Source of the DNA: a bacterium
GTDB lineage: Bacteria; Patescibacteriota; Saccharimonadia; Saccharimonadales; UBA4665
Length of the DNA: 64,000 bases
Assembly: GCA_021810025.1 (NCBI GenBank)
Contig: JAJZJS010000001.1
Location: 154,790 to 218,789, forward strand
Direction of reading: 5' to 3'
The position numbers were made by a program, and so were the translations under genes. How positions within the stretch are numbered: position 1 is the stretch's first letter; each line of letters opens with the position of its first letter. Under the pieces are notes generated by a model that was not told the DNA's origin, did no database searches, and saw only the letters and a list, made by a program, of their open reading frames with translations. Of the stretch, positions 34,094 to 43,203 are shown in pieces.

Positions 34094-34588
34094 ATGATTA
34101 ATAACACCAAGAAACAATTTAATTCAAAATCAAACGATCCAAGTCCAGAAGAGCTTTTGCATAAACTGGATGAGCTTACTCAGGCTCTACAAAGGGAAAG
34201 AGCTGATGCTATTAATGTTCGACGACGTGCCGATGACGAGAAGCTTAAAATGGCTAATTATTTTAAGGCTCAAGTTATTCAAGAGCTCTTGCCCTTTATT
34301 GAGAACTTTGATTTAGCTATTAAACATTTGCCAAAGTCTGATCAGGTTCGTGATTGGGATAAGGGCTTAATTTCGGTACATGCTCAATTATGGCAAATTC
34401 TAGATACGATTGGAGTCAAGAAAATTAAATCAGTTGGGACGCCATTTGATCCAAAGCTTCACGAAGCAATTCAAATGGATGATTCAACTAAGGGTTCAAA
34501 AGAGGTCGTAATAGAGGAATTTCGCGCAGGCTATGTCTTGAATGATGAAGTAATAAGACATGCAATGGTAAAAGTTGGCTTAAAATAA
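34094..34588 (+). CDS. grpE: nucleotide exchange factor GrpE
   Basis: LQRERADAINVRRRADDE coiled coil and C-terminal beta domain FDPKLHEAIQ...GYVLNDEVIRHAMVKV. Confidence 0.9.
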   Translation: MINNTKKQFNSKSNDPSPEELLHKLDELTQALQRERADAINVRRRADDEKLKMANYFKAQVIQELLPFIENFDLAIKHLPKSDQVRDWDKGLISVHAQLWQILDTIGVKKIKSVGTPFDPKLHEAIQMDDSTKGSKEVVIEEFRAGYVLNDEVIRHAMVKVGLK

Positions 34589-34589
34589 A

Positions 34590-34627
34590 CTAGCACTCTT
34601 GACTAATGAGTGCTAGTAGACTAATAT
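34590..34627 (+). promoter_or_regulatory. second CIRCE operator overlapping a sigma70-type promoter of dnaK-dnaJ
   Basis: CTAGCACTC-N9-GAGTGCTAG (34590-34616), with -35 TTGACT (34599-34604), 17 nt, then TAATAT (34622-34627). It begins 2 nt after the grpE stop. Confidence 0.85.
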
Positions 34628-34694
34628 AAAAAGTATCTTAGCGGTTAACTATTTAGACTGCTAAATATATTAATAAAGTAATTGGAGATTTAAA

Positions 34695-36629
34695 ATGGCT
34701 AAAATTATCGGTATCGATCTAGGAACAACAAATTCTGCAATGGCAGTTATGCAATCTGGAAAACCTGAAATCATTGCTAACAACGAAGGTAACCGTACTA
34801 CTCCCTCGGTAGTTGCTGTCAATAAGAATAAAGAGCGTCTCGTGGGACAAGTGGCCAGAAGACAACAAGTTACTAATCCTAAAAATACTATTTATGAAGT
34901 AAAACGCTTAATCGGTAGAAATTGGGACGATAAAGAAGTCCAACGTGACTTGAAGTTAATGGGATATGAGATTATTAAAAGTGGATCTGGCGTAAAAGTC
35001 AAAATGGCCGACAAAGAGTATAGCCCAGAAGAGATTAGTGCTATGATTTTAGCCAAGCTTAAAAGTGATGCTGAAGCTTTCTTGGGCGACAAAGTTACAG
35101 AAGCAGTCATTACTGTTCCAGCATATTTTGACGATAATCAACGTCAAGCCACTAAAGACGCCGGAAAGATCGCCGGTCTTGAAGTCAAGAGAATTATCAA
35201 TGAGCCAACAGCTGCTGCTTTAGCCTATGGTCTCGATAAAGGTGGAAAAAAGAATGAGAAAATTGCTGTCTATGATTTAGGAGGAGGAACATTTGATGTT
35301 TCAATACTTGAATTAGGAGATGGAGTATTTGAGGTTAAGTCTACAAACGGAGATACTCACTTGGGTGGGGCTGATTTTGACCGCATTATTATTAATTATT
35401 TTGCCGATGAATTCAAAAAAGAGCATGGAGTTGACATTACAGAAGATAAAGCTGCTATGCAAAGACTTCGTGATGAAGCCGAGAAGGCCAAGATTGAATT
35501 ATCAACTGCACAAGAGGTAGACGTCAATCTACCCTTTCTAACTGCTGATGCGGATGGTCCAAAACATTTTGAACATAAGTTAACTCGCTCTAAGCTTGAG
35601 AGTTTAGTTAATGATTTAATTGATGAGACCGCTCAACCATGCGAAAAGGCCTTAAAAGACGCTAAGTTAAAGGCTTCTGAAATTGATGCCGTTGTGTTAG
35701 TTGGAGGAATGACTAGAATGCCGGCGGTACAAGAAAAAGTTAAGAAAATATTTGGCAAAGATCCTATGAAGGGAGTTAACCCAGATGAAGTCGTAGCAAT
35801 AGGTGCTGCCATTCAAGGCGGTGTTTTGCAGGGAGATGTGAAAGATGTTTTGCTACTAGACGTTACTCCTTTAAGTCTTGGAATTGAGACTATGGGCGGC
35901 GTAATGACTAAGTTAATTGAACGTAATACTACTATCCCTACTTCTAAGTCTGAAGTATTTTCAACGGCTGCCGATAATCAACCCCAGGTTGAAATACATG
36001 TTGCCCAAGGGGAACGAGAAATGATCGATGGCAACAAATCTTTAGGGCGATTCGTTCTTGATGGTATTGCTCCAGCTCCAAGAGGTATTCCTCAAATCGA
36101 AGTAACATTCAATATTGATGCCAATGGTATTTTAAATGTAACCGCTAAAGATAAGGGGACTAATAAGGAACAGAGTATTACTATTTCTGGATCAGGGAAT
36201 CTTAGCAAGGATGATGTTGAAAAGATGGCCAAAGAAGCTGAAGCTCATGCAGAGGAAGATAAAGCGCGTAAAGAGACAATTGAAAATCGTAATCTTTTAG
36301 ATAGTGCCGTCTATCAAGCCGAGAAGTTAATAAAGGACAATAAAGATAAGATTAACTCTGAAGACCAGAAAAGCACAGAGGAAGCCGTTAAGGACGCCAA
36401 AAAAGTTCTTGAAAATCAAGATGCAACTAAAGACGAGCTGGAAAAAGCCGCTAAGGATTTAAACGATAAGATTATGCCGATTGGTGCAAAACTTTACGAA
36501 GCAGCTTCTAAGGATCAGTCTGAAGACTCTGAATCTAAAGAAAAGCAGTCTAGCAATAAATCTAAAGACGACCAAGCTGTTGAAGGAGAAGTAGTAGATA
36601 AAGGACAAAAAGACGACGCTAAAAAATAG
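34695..36629 (+). CDS. dnaK: molecular chaperone DnaK (Hsp70)
   Basis: [22 protein letters not shown] and [10 protein letters not shown] signatures; 644 aa. Confidence 0.98.
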   Translation: MAKIIGIDLGTTNSAMAVMQSGKPEIIANNEGNRTTPSVVAVNKNKERLVGQVARRQQVTNPKNTIYEVKRLIGRNWDDKEVQRDLKLMGYEIIKSGSGVKVKMADKEYSPEEISAMILAKLKSDAEAFLGDKVTEAVITVPAYFDDNQRQATKDAGKIAGLEVKRIINEPTAAALAYGLDKGGKKNEKIAVYDLGGGTFDVSILELGDGVFEVKSTNGDTHLGGADFDRIIINYFADEFKKEHGVDITEDKAAMQRLRDEAEKAKIELSTAQEVDVNLPFLTADADGPKHFEHKLTRSKLESLVNDLIDETAQPCEKALKDAKLKASEIDAVVLVGGMTRMPAVQEKVKKIFGKDPMKGVNPDEVVAIGAAIQGGVLQGDVKDVLLLDVTPLSLGIETMGGVMTKLIERNTTIPTSKSEVFSTAADNQPQVEIHVAQGEREMIDGNKSLGRFVLDGIAPAPRGIPQIEVTFNIDANGILNVTAKDKGTNKEQSITISGSGNLSKDDVEKMAKEAEAHAEEDKARKETIENRNLLDSAVYQAEKLIKDNKDKINSEDQKSTEEAVKDAKKVLENQDATKDELEKAAKDLNDKIMPIGAKLYEAASKDQSEDSESKEKQSSNKSKDDQAVEGEVVDKGQKDDAKK

Positions 36630-36674
36630 TTTTGAAGTACAATTAAAGGATTAAAAAAGGGCTAACACTAAATT

Positions 36675-37778
36675 ATGGCTAAAGACGATTATTATGAAGT
36701 TTTAGGTATTAAAAAAGATGCTAGCCCTGACGAGATTAAGACGGCATTTCGAAGATTAGCTATTGAACACCACCCTGATAGAGGTGGAGATGAGGCAAAA
36801 TTTAAAGAGATTAATGAAGCCTACGAGGTTTTAAAAGATCCCGAAAAACGAAAACGCTATGATCAATTTGGTCACGCTGGAGTTGGTGGTAATTCCGGGG
36901 GATTTGATGGTTTTAATGGTTTTGGAAGTCAGGGTCAAAATATTAATTTTGATTTTGGAGATTTAGGACTGGGGGACATTTTTAGTAGCTTTTTTGGCGG
37001 AGGAGGTCAAACTCAAGCAAATCGCTCAAGGAGTGGCAGGGATGTTCAGACTGAGATAGAGATAAGCTTCGAACAAGCAATATTTGGTACCGAAGTTCCA
37101 TTATCATTAAATATTGAAGATATTTGTGAGCATTGTAAGGGAACCACAGCCGAACCTGGATATGATCTTAAGAAATGTCCTACTTGTGACGGTAAAGGTC
37201 AGGTTATAACAGTAACAAGAACTATATTTGGGAATATCCAACAGGCATCAATTTGTCCTAAATGTTCGGGAACTGGAAAGATTCCTGAAAAAGTATGTTC
37301 AGTTTGTCATGGAAAGGGCACACTCCTTAGAAAACAAGAAATTAAACTTAAAGTTCCAGCTGGAATTGAAGATGGAACGACTATTAGACTTCGGGAACAC
37401 GGAGAAGCTATTGCCAATGGACCTAAGGGCGATCTATACGTAAATGTTAGAGTTAAGGCCCATAAGCAATTCACAAGAGAAGGTGATTTAATTTTAAGCA
37501 CTGAACATGTTTCGATGGTTGATGCTGCCCTTGGCACAGACATCGAAGTAGCGACAGTAGATGGAATTATTAAAATGAAAATACCTCCTGGAACGCAATC
37601 GGGATCTGATTTTAAACTTTCGGGTCATGGAGTCCCACATTTAAAATCAAATGGCAGGGGCGCGCATATCGTGACAATATTAGTCGATACACCAGTTAAA
37701 TTATCTAAAAAACAAGAAAATTTACTAAAAGAATTTCAGGAAAATAGTTCTAGCTCCAAATTCCATATTTGGAATTAA
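36675..37778 (+). CDS. dnaJ: co-chaperone DnaJ
   Basis: J domain with HPD (DYYEVLGI...HHPDRGG), a G/F region and four CxxCxGxG zinc-finger repeats. Confidence 0.97.
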   Translation: MAKDDYYEVLGIKKDASPDEIKTAFRRLAIEHHPDRGGDEAKFKEINEAYEVLKDPEKRKRYDQFGHAGVGGNSGGFDGFNGFGSQGQNINFDFGDLGLGDIFSSFFGGGGQTQANRSRSGRDVQTEIEISFEQAIFGTEVPLSLNIEDICEHCKGTTAEPGYDLKKCPTCDGKGQVITVTRTIFGNIQQASICPKCSGTGKIPEKVCSVCHGKGTLLRKQEIKLKVPAGIEDGTTIRLREHGEAIANGPKGDLYVNVRVKAHKQFTREGDLILSTEHVSMVDAALGTDIEVATVDGIIKMKIPPGTQSGSDFKLSGHGVPHLKSNGRGAHIVTILVDTPVKLSKKQENLLKEFQENSSSSKFHIWN

Positions 37779-37821
37779 GCGATTAGCTGTCCATTTTTAT
37801 ATTATGGATTATACTTAGGCT

Positions 37822-37938
37822 ATGAGTCGTAAAATTATAAATGAAGATGGCTTTATCCCCCTTTTATTATTTTTTATTGCTTTATTGGTAATAGTCGTAA
37901 TATTTGCCTATTTAAGGGTTATTCATGCTCACAAGTAG
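37822..37938 (+). CDS. 38-aa hydrophobic micro-ORF (MSRKIINEDGFIPLLLFFIALLVIVVIFAYLRVIHAHK)
   Basis: Hand-translated; single TM helix. It lies in the 310-nt gap after dnaJ with no strong SD. Confidence 0.3.
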   Translation: MSRKIINEDGFIPLLLFFIALLVIVVIFAYLRVIHAHK

Positions 37939-38089
37939 GAACATTTCGGGTGATTTTTGGGCTTTAGATAAAATAAATCAACTACAACATCATACTTGAC
38001 TTTTTGTTAAAAAATGATAGTATATTAAGGTTGCTAAAATAAAATAAAAAAAGATTGCATTAATAGTTTAAATAGGATTTTATATTGAT

Positions 38090-39394
38090 ATGTCTAGTTT
38101 TGAGAATGCCCAAGAAAGAGATATGATTCTGTTTGTAGGATCTTTCTTAAATACACAAGTAGATGCCATTAAGAAGATATCAACGATGCTAGGAAGGAAT
38201 ATCAGAGCTTGCGTATTAATAGATATAACTGATCCTAAAGCCAAAGAGGGTATAGCTAAACATAATAAGGCTGTTTATTTAGAGTGTGATTTCTCGTCTC
38301 CCTTAGCTATAGCCAATACGATTAAACCTTATAAAGATCGTTTTTTGGCCGTAACATGTCGAGCCGAAAAAAACATTCCTCTTTTTAAAAAAGTTATTCC
38401 ACATGTTCCATATTTAAATACGCCTACGGAACTATCGCTTGACTGGACTACTGATAAAATTAAAATGCGTCAAATGTTGAGAAATTTTGATAAAACAATT
38501 TCTCCTAAATTCCTAGTTGCTCATGATTCAACTAAAGAAACATTGGATCGCATTGAAAAGCAAATTGGTTTTCCTTTAATCTTAAAGCCTTCCGGATTAG
38601 CCGCCAGCCTTCTTGTTACTATTTGTTATTATCGTGAAGAGCTTGAGGACGACATGAAGAACATGGTTCGTAAAATAAACCAGATTTACAAGAAGAATAA
38701 GGGTAGAGGAGAACCTCAAATCTTAGTAGAAGAATTCATGGAAGGGTCTATGTATTCTATTGATGTTTATGTCAATCAAAGAGGAGTAATGTATTTTGCT
38801 CCCATGGTTCACGTTAGAACGGGTAGAGCAATTGGATTTGATGATTTTTTTAACTACATGAGAACAACCCCAACCCAACTTCGGCCCCATAAAATTGAAG
38901 CAGCAAAGAAAGCTGCCGAAAAAGCGATTGAAGCTTTAAATATTCGCAGTTTAACTTGCCATATTGAACTTATGAAGACAGAAGATGGATGGAAAATAAT
39001 CGAACTGGGTCCCAGAATTGGCGGCTTTAGGCATGAGATGTATGAATTGTCTTTTGGTATCGATCACACCATGAACGATATCTTAATTAGAATTCCTAAG
39101 AAACCTATTCTAAACAAAAAGCTTAAAGGATATACGGTAGCTCTCAAGTTTTATGCACGTAAAAAGGGCCGATTAATTAATATCGTGGGCATCAATAAAG
39201 TTCGTAAGCTAGATTCATTTGTGAATTTAAAACAGTATAAACAAAAAGGTGATATGTGTGACTTTGCTCGAAATGGCGATAATTCTGTCTTTGACATAGT
39301 CTTATTTAACAAAAATAGATCTAAAATTTTGGCAGATATTCGCCGGATAGAAAAAAGTGTAGAAATACAAGTAACTGGTCTTAAAAAGAAGTAA
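38090..39394 (+). CDS. ATP-grasp domain protein (L-amino-acid ligase / carboxylate-amine ligase-like)
   Basis: 434 aa with the central ATP-grasp fold FPLILKPSGLAASLLV...ILVEEFMEGSMYSIDVYV...CHIELMKTEDGWKIIELGPRIGG. The upstream promoter candidate is TTGACT-N16-TG-n-TAGTAT near 37996-38025. Confidence 0.7.
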   Translation: MSSFENAQERDMILFVGSFLNTQVDAIKKISTMLGRNIRACVLIDITDPKAKEGIAKHNKAVYLECDFSSPLAIANTIKPYKDRFLAVTCRAEKNIPLFKKVIPHVPYLNTPTELSLDWTTDKIKMRQMLRNFDKTISPKFLVAHDSTKETLDRIEKQIGFPLILKPSGLAASLLVTICYYREELEDDMKNMVRKINQIYKKNKGRGEPQILVEEFMEGSMYSIDVYVNQRGVMYFAPMVHVRTGRAIGFDDFFNYMRTTPTQLRPHKIEAAKKAAEKAIEALNIRSLTCHIELMKTEDGWKIIELGPRIGGFRHEMYELSFGIDHTMNDILIRIPKKPILNKKLKGYTVALKFYARKKGRLINIVGINKVRKLDSFVNLKQYKQKGDMCDFARNGDNSVFDIVLFNKNRSKILADIRRIEKSVEIQVTGLKKK

Positions 39395-39430
39395 CTCCTT
39401 AGATAAAGCTTATGTTATTATAGTTATATA

Positions 39431-39940
39431 ATGATGCTTGATATTTTAGTAATAGGTTTAATAATAGCTCCTGTTATATTAATCAGTATTTTAGAAGTTA
39501 ATTCTATTTTTGCATATTTCGCATTATGTTTAGGAGCCGTCCTATCGGTATCCTTAAATAACAACGTTTATGTATTAAGATTTATACATGCTTCAAATTA
39601 TATTCAGCATATTAATTATTTAAACAATCTTAAATTAGTATTTTTAATACTACCTCTTTTGCTTGTTATGATCCTTATGATTAAGACGGCTAAAGGAGGG
39701 GGCTTATTTTCATTAAATATCCTGGGATCTATTGCGACAGGATTTTTATTAATCTATTTCATAATACCAGTCTTACCTGCAAGTTTAACCTCAGGTATTA
39801 ATACAAACCCTCTTTGGACTAAAATTCTATCATGGCAAAGTAATGCTATCGGAATAAGTGCTATTGTTATCTTAGCCATGTTAATTATTCAAAGAGGTAA
39901 ACTTAGCAACAAATCTTCTAAGTCAAAATATAAAAAATAA
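39431..39940 (+). CDS. hypothetical polytopic membrane protein
   Basis: 169-aa ORF with about 5 TM helices and a basic C-terminal tail. Confidence 0.55.
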   Translation: MMLDILVIGLIIAPVILISILEVNSIFAYFALCLGAVLSVSLNNNVYVLRFIHASNYIQHINYLNNLKLVFLILPLLLVMILMIKTAKGGGLFSLNILGSIATGFLLIYFIIPVLPASLTSGINTNPLWTKILSWQSNAIGISAIVILAMLIIQRGKLSNKSSKSKYKK

Positions 39941-40004
39941 CTTTACGTCTTGACTTTTATCTTAAAATAACAATAATTTAAGTGGTAATACTTACAGTAT
40001 AAAT

Positions 40005-40081
40005 GGGCCCATAGCTCAGCCGGTTAGAGCACCTGCCTTTTAAGCAGGGTGTCGTGGGTTCGAGTCCCACTGGGCCCTCCA
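40005..40081 (+). tRNA. tRNA-Lys (TTT)
   Basis: GGGCCCATAGCTCAGCCGGTTAGAGCACCTGCCTTTTAAGCAGGGTGTCGTGGGTTCGAGTCCCACTGGGCCCTCCA forms a canonical cloverleaf with anticodon loop CTTTTAA and encoded CCA. Confidence 0.92.
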
Positions 40082-40159
40082 AGAAAACTTTTCAGATGAC
40101 ACTTTTATTTTACTCAACAATTGCATCTGTTAAAAAGTTATAAATCCTACTGGCTGTAA

Positions 40160-40780
40160 TTAGATTTTAGAATCAAAAAATAGCTTAGCGGGAGTATTGA
40201 CAAGCTCGGCAGCAGTTTTGCTTACTTTTTGTGAATAGGATTTACTTATCTTATATCCATAAGTATATGCAAACCACCTCTGAGTATCTTTACCTCCAAA
40301 AAACCAATCACTATGATTGTATTCTTTATTGTTTAAGCTCTTGTTAGCTTTTTCAATTTCTTCTTGTTTGATTTTGACCTGGGCGTATAGTGGAGTTATA
40401 CCACTATATTCTTCTTCAAACAACGTAGCTAACCCCTCAGAAATCATTGCTTCGCCAAGCGATAAGCCATAGCCTGGGTTACGCCATCTCATACAGTGAT
40501 GCGTTTCATGAAGAATAGTTGATGTCATATCTTCAACCGTAAAGGTCGTGAACTTGGGGTCTAAGCTAACGTAGATATTGTAAGGACCAGGTGAATAACC
40601 TCCAATGCCAATCTCTGGTATTACATTCATTGGAGCATTGACGAATATAATGTCAATTTTGTCAGCATTGAGTTTGTTGCGAATAATTTTTAAGCCTTCT
40701 CTAAATCCTTCTTCTATTTTTCTTAGAATCTCTATCCCAAACTCGTTACTTGCATTTGCGATATATTTATTGATTGGCAT
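40160..40780 (-). CDS. predicted zinc-dependent protease (DUF2268-like)
   Basis: 206 aa with the HExxH-type motif ILHETHHCMRW and overall similarity to the DUF2268 pattern as I recall it. Confidence 0.5.
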   Translation of the reverse strand: MPINKYIANASNEFGIEILRKIEEGFREGLKIIRNKLNADKIDIIFVNAPMNVIPEIGIGGYSPGPYNIYVSLDPKFTTFTVEDMTSTILHETHHCMRWRNPGYGLSLGEAMISEGLATLFEEEYSGITPLYAQVKIKQEEIEKANKSLNNKEYNHSDWFFGGKDTQRWFAYTYGYKISKSYSQKVSKTAAELVNTPAKLFFDSKI

Positions 40781-40850
40781 AACTTATATTAACATGCTGA
40801 ATTTTATAAGCTTTACTAAGAATATATTGCGTTTTGCCTTTTCTTGCTAA

Positions 40851-40943
40851 GCTACTCTTGTTTATATAGATTGTCCAGAAGTACTCTCCATCTAAGGAGT
40901 TCTTGTGTGAAAATATATAACTTATTTCCTTGGTGAACCCCCA
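40851..40943 (-). repeat. about 91-nt direct repeat, copy A (degenerate ORF fragment)
   Basis: ...CCAGAAGTACTCTCCATCTAAGGAGTTCTTGTGTGAAAATATATAACTTATTTCCTTGGTGAACC... aligns with 42937-43027 with about 10 mostly transition differences. On the minus strand it encodes ...KEISYIFSHKNSLDGEYFWTIYINKS.... Confidence 0.8.
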
Positions 40944-41074
40944 AATGTTCTTCACAACATTTTTCTTGAAATCGGGATTGGGAAAGAGAATACCTGACAT
41001 ACCTATGTATGTAATTGATCCTATTTAGACCTATAACAAAAAATTTAGTGGAACTAAAATATTGCCCATTATTA

Positions 41075-41103
41075 TTGACAGGAGGTATCCTAAAAAGTAC
41101 AAT
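41075..41103 (+). promoter_or_regulatory. sigma70-type promoter of the yefM-yoeB pair
   Basis: TTGACA (41075-41080), a 17-nt spacer, then TACAAT (41098-41103), about 10 nt before the antitoxin start. Confidence 0.6.
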
Positions 41104-41113
41104 ATAACGTACT

Positions 41114-41368
41114 ATGAATGTTACAACTATATCAAAGTTTCGTAAAAACTCTAAGAGCTATTTTGACCAGGTGATTGATGACCAGGATACGCTACTTATT
41201 ACTCGCAACGATGGTCAGACAGTAGTAGTTATGTCCCTTTCTCAATATAACTCTCAAGCTGAAACAGATTATCTCAACAGCACTAAAGCCAATAGAGAAC
41301 ATTTAGAAAAGTCTATTGCCCAAGCTAAGGCAGGTAAAGTTGAGAGACATAAGCTAATAGAGGTTTAA
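41114..41368 (+). CDS. yefM: type II antitoxin, Phd/YefM family
   Basis: The sequence MNVTTISKFRKNSKSYFDQVIDDQDTLLITRNDGQTVVVMSLSQYNS...TDYL has the YefM fold pattern. It is immediately followed by a YoeB gene. Confidence 0.85.
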   Translation: MNVTTISKFRKNSKSYFDQVIDDQDTLLITRNDGQTVVVMSLSQYNSQAETDYLNSTKANREHLEKSIAQAKAGKVERHKLIEV

Positions 41369-41632
41369 GTGCCTGACCGAAAAATTTCATTCACTCAAAG
41401 TGGTTGGGAGGAATATCAATACTGGTTGAGTCAAGACAAGAAAACACTTAGAAAAATCAATAAGCTTATTGATGAAACTTGCAGGACGCCGTTTAGTGGT
41501 TCTGGTAAACCCGAACCACTAAAAGAAAATTACTCTGGCTATTGGTCTAGGCGCATAGATAAGCAAAATAGATTAATATACTCAGTTTCCGATACTGACA
41601 TTACTGTAGTTGGCTGCAGATTTCATTATTAG
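41369..41632 (+). CDS. yoeB: type II toxin, YoeB/Txe family mRNA interferase
   Basis: FTQSGWEEYQYWLSQDKKTLRKINKLIDE...GKPEPLKENYSGYWSRRIDKQNRLIYSV...VGCRFHY is a classical YoeB sequence. It uses a GTG start abutting the yefM stop. Confidence 0.88.
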   Translation: MPDRKISFTQSGWEEYQYWLSQDKKTLRKINKLIDETCRTPFSGSGKPEPLKENYSGYWSRRIDKQNRLIYSVSDTDITVVGCRFHY

Positions 41633-41828
41633 CTACATTCCTATAGCTAAAGGCCTTAGCAATTAATTAACTAATGCTACTATATACGTATCCTTATATC
41701 TATCTAGTTTAGTTGCAATAGTTTCACACAAGGACCTCCAAGACACTTCTTACAGATATAAATTATACCCACGATATTTGTGCTTTTTGTTTTACAGAGG
41801 CAGGGTATATAAAGTACTATAAGGACAT

Positions 41829-42272
41829 ATGCTAGATGAAAACGTCATAAGAGATAGGGCAGCTAAAGAAGGCATAACTCATATATCTACTGGAATTGCT
41901 GTTATTAGAGACAACAAGATTCTATTAGTGCGTCGTTCAATTGACGACTTCCTTGGAGGTTACTATGAATTACCTGGCGGAGGCGTTGATGATGAAACAA
42001 TTGAAGAAGCTGCTATGCGAGAAGTTAAAGAAGAAACGGGTTTAGTACCTTCCAAGGTTATAACTACGTTTGAGGGATTTGATTACTCAACAGACAAAAA
42101 GCCAAAGGTAAGACAAATTAATTTACTCATAGAAACTAAACCAGGAGAGGTTAAGTTAAGCTCTGAGCATGATAAGTTCTTATGGGCAAAAGAAGAAGAC
42201 TTAAACGATATTAAGATGACTAAAAGCATGGTCAACTGTACTAAAGATGCGTTTAATAAAATAGCGTCTTAA
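41829..42272 (+). CDS. NUDIX hydrolase
   Basis: Nudix box GGGVDDETIEEAAMREVKEETGL (GX5EX7REUXEEXGU). Confidence 0.85.
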   Translation: MLDENVIRDRAAKEGITHISTGIAVIRDNKILLVRRSIDDFLGGYYELPGGGVDDETIEEAAMREVKEETGLVPSKVITTFEGFDYSTDKKPKVRQINLLIETKPGEVKLSSEHDKFLWAKEEDLNDIKMTKSMVNCTKDAFNKIAS

Positions 42273-42293
42273 TTCAAAGCAAGTAAGCGTAAT

Positions 42294-42863
42294 TTATGAT
42301 TTGTTCTTGGCCCAGTTTTTAAACTCTTCTATATTATTTACATTATTATTTAGAACCGCTAAATAAATATCATGACTATCTGTTATTATTTCCCCGTCAT
42401 TTCTAGCGGCTTTTAACTCAAGTATAAGCTTCTTATTTTCATCATTAAGATTGTCTTTTATCCAGCTCTTATTTACCCTAAGGGTTTCTTCTTGTCCAAA
42501 CCAAATATCTACCTTCCACCTATTACTAGAAAAATCACATTTTACTCCCACATAATATGACTTGGGAAAGCCTGGGTGATTTTTAGAACTATGCTTAACA
42601 AAGTCGTAATATAAGTACCCATTCCAGTAGTTTTGTTTAATAAGTTTATTTAATGCATCTAAAGCTGCGGTTTTTGCTATGTCACTAGGAACAAAGACAT
42701 ATATATCTATGTCTGGACCTAGCATTAAGTTGTAATCATAACTTCCAACAATTTTTACTTTGCCTATTGTAGAAAGTAGAGAACAAATCTGAGAGTAATT
42801 GAGAAGTTTATCTGCTTCTTCATGCCACATTCTTGATAAAGTAAAAAGGTCAATCTGTACCAT
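42294..42863 (-). CDS. nucleotidyltransferase-fold protein (pol-beta superfamily)
   Basis: IVGSYDYNLMLGPDIDIYVF fits the G-S-x(n)-D-x-D minimal NTase motif. The 189-aa protein has a helical C-terminal half. No HEPN partner is adjacent. Confidence 0.5.
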   Translation of the reverse strand: MVQIDLFTLSRMWHEEADKLLNYSQICSLLSTIGKVKIVGSYDYNLMLGPDIDIYVFVPSDIAKTAALDALNKLIKQNYWNGYLYYDFVKHSSKNHPGFPKSYYVGVKCDFSSNRWKVDIWFGQEETLRVNKSWIKDNLNDENKKLILELKAARNDGEIITDSHDIYLAVLNNNVNNIEEFKNWAKNKS

Positions 42864-42936
42864 ATCATTATTCTACAAGCTATAAGCTATAACTCCCACT
42901 AGGAATATATTGAACCTAACCTTCTCTTGTTCATTT

Positions 42937-43027
42937 GCTCTTGTTTGTATGGATTATCCAGAAGTACTCTCCATCTAAGAAGTTCTTGAGTGAAAGTATA
43001 TAACTTATTTCTTTGGTGGACCTCCAG
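42937..43027 (-). repeat. about 91-nt direct repeat, copy B (degenerate, frame-broken ORF fragment)
   Basis: Aligns with 40851-40943. The minus strand encodes ...STKEISYILSLKNFLDGEYFWIIHTNKSK*, and the flanking parts are in another frame. Confidence 0.8.
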
Positions 43028-43203
43028 TACGACAAATTCATCAAATTTGACTTTAAAAACCTTACTTTTGCATCTGTTAAACCTTGGGGGTAAACATTGT
43101 CGAAACTGACCCGCAAAAATTAACTGTATATTTTTGCTATTGTTTACCCCCAACCAAGGGATTTCGACTTGCATTTTCAATACACGTAATATACAATGTT
43201 TGT

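Noticed and set aside
40851-43027. Whether the 91-nt repeat pair could be a DGR template/variable repeat pair.
   Set aside because: The differences are mixed transitions in both directions (A>G, G>A, C>T) plus one transversion (T>A). They are not restricted to adenine positions of one copy, and no reverse transcriptase ORF is in the window.
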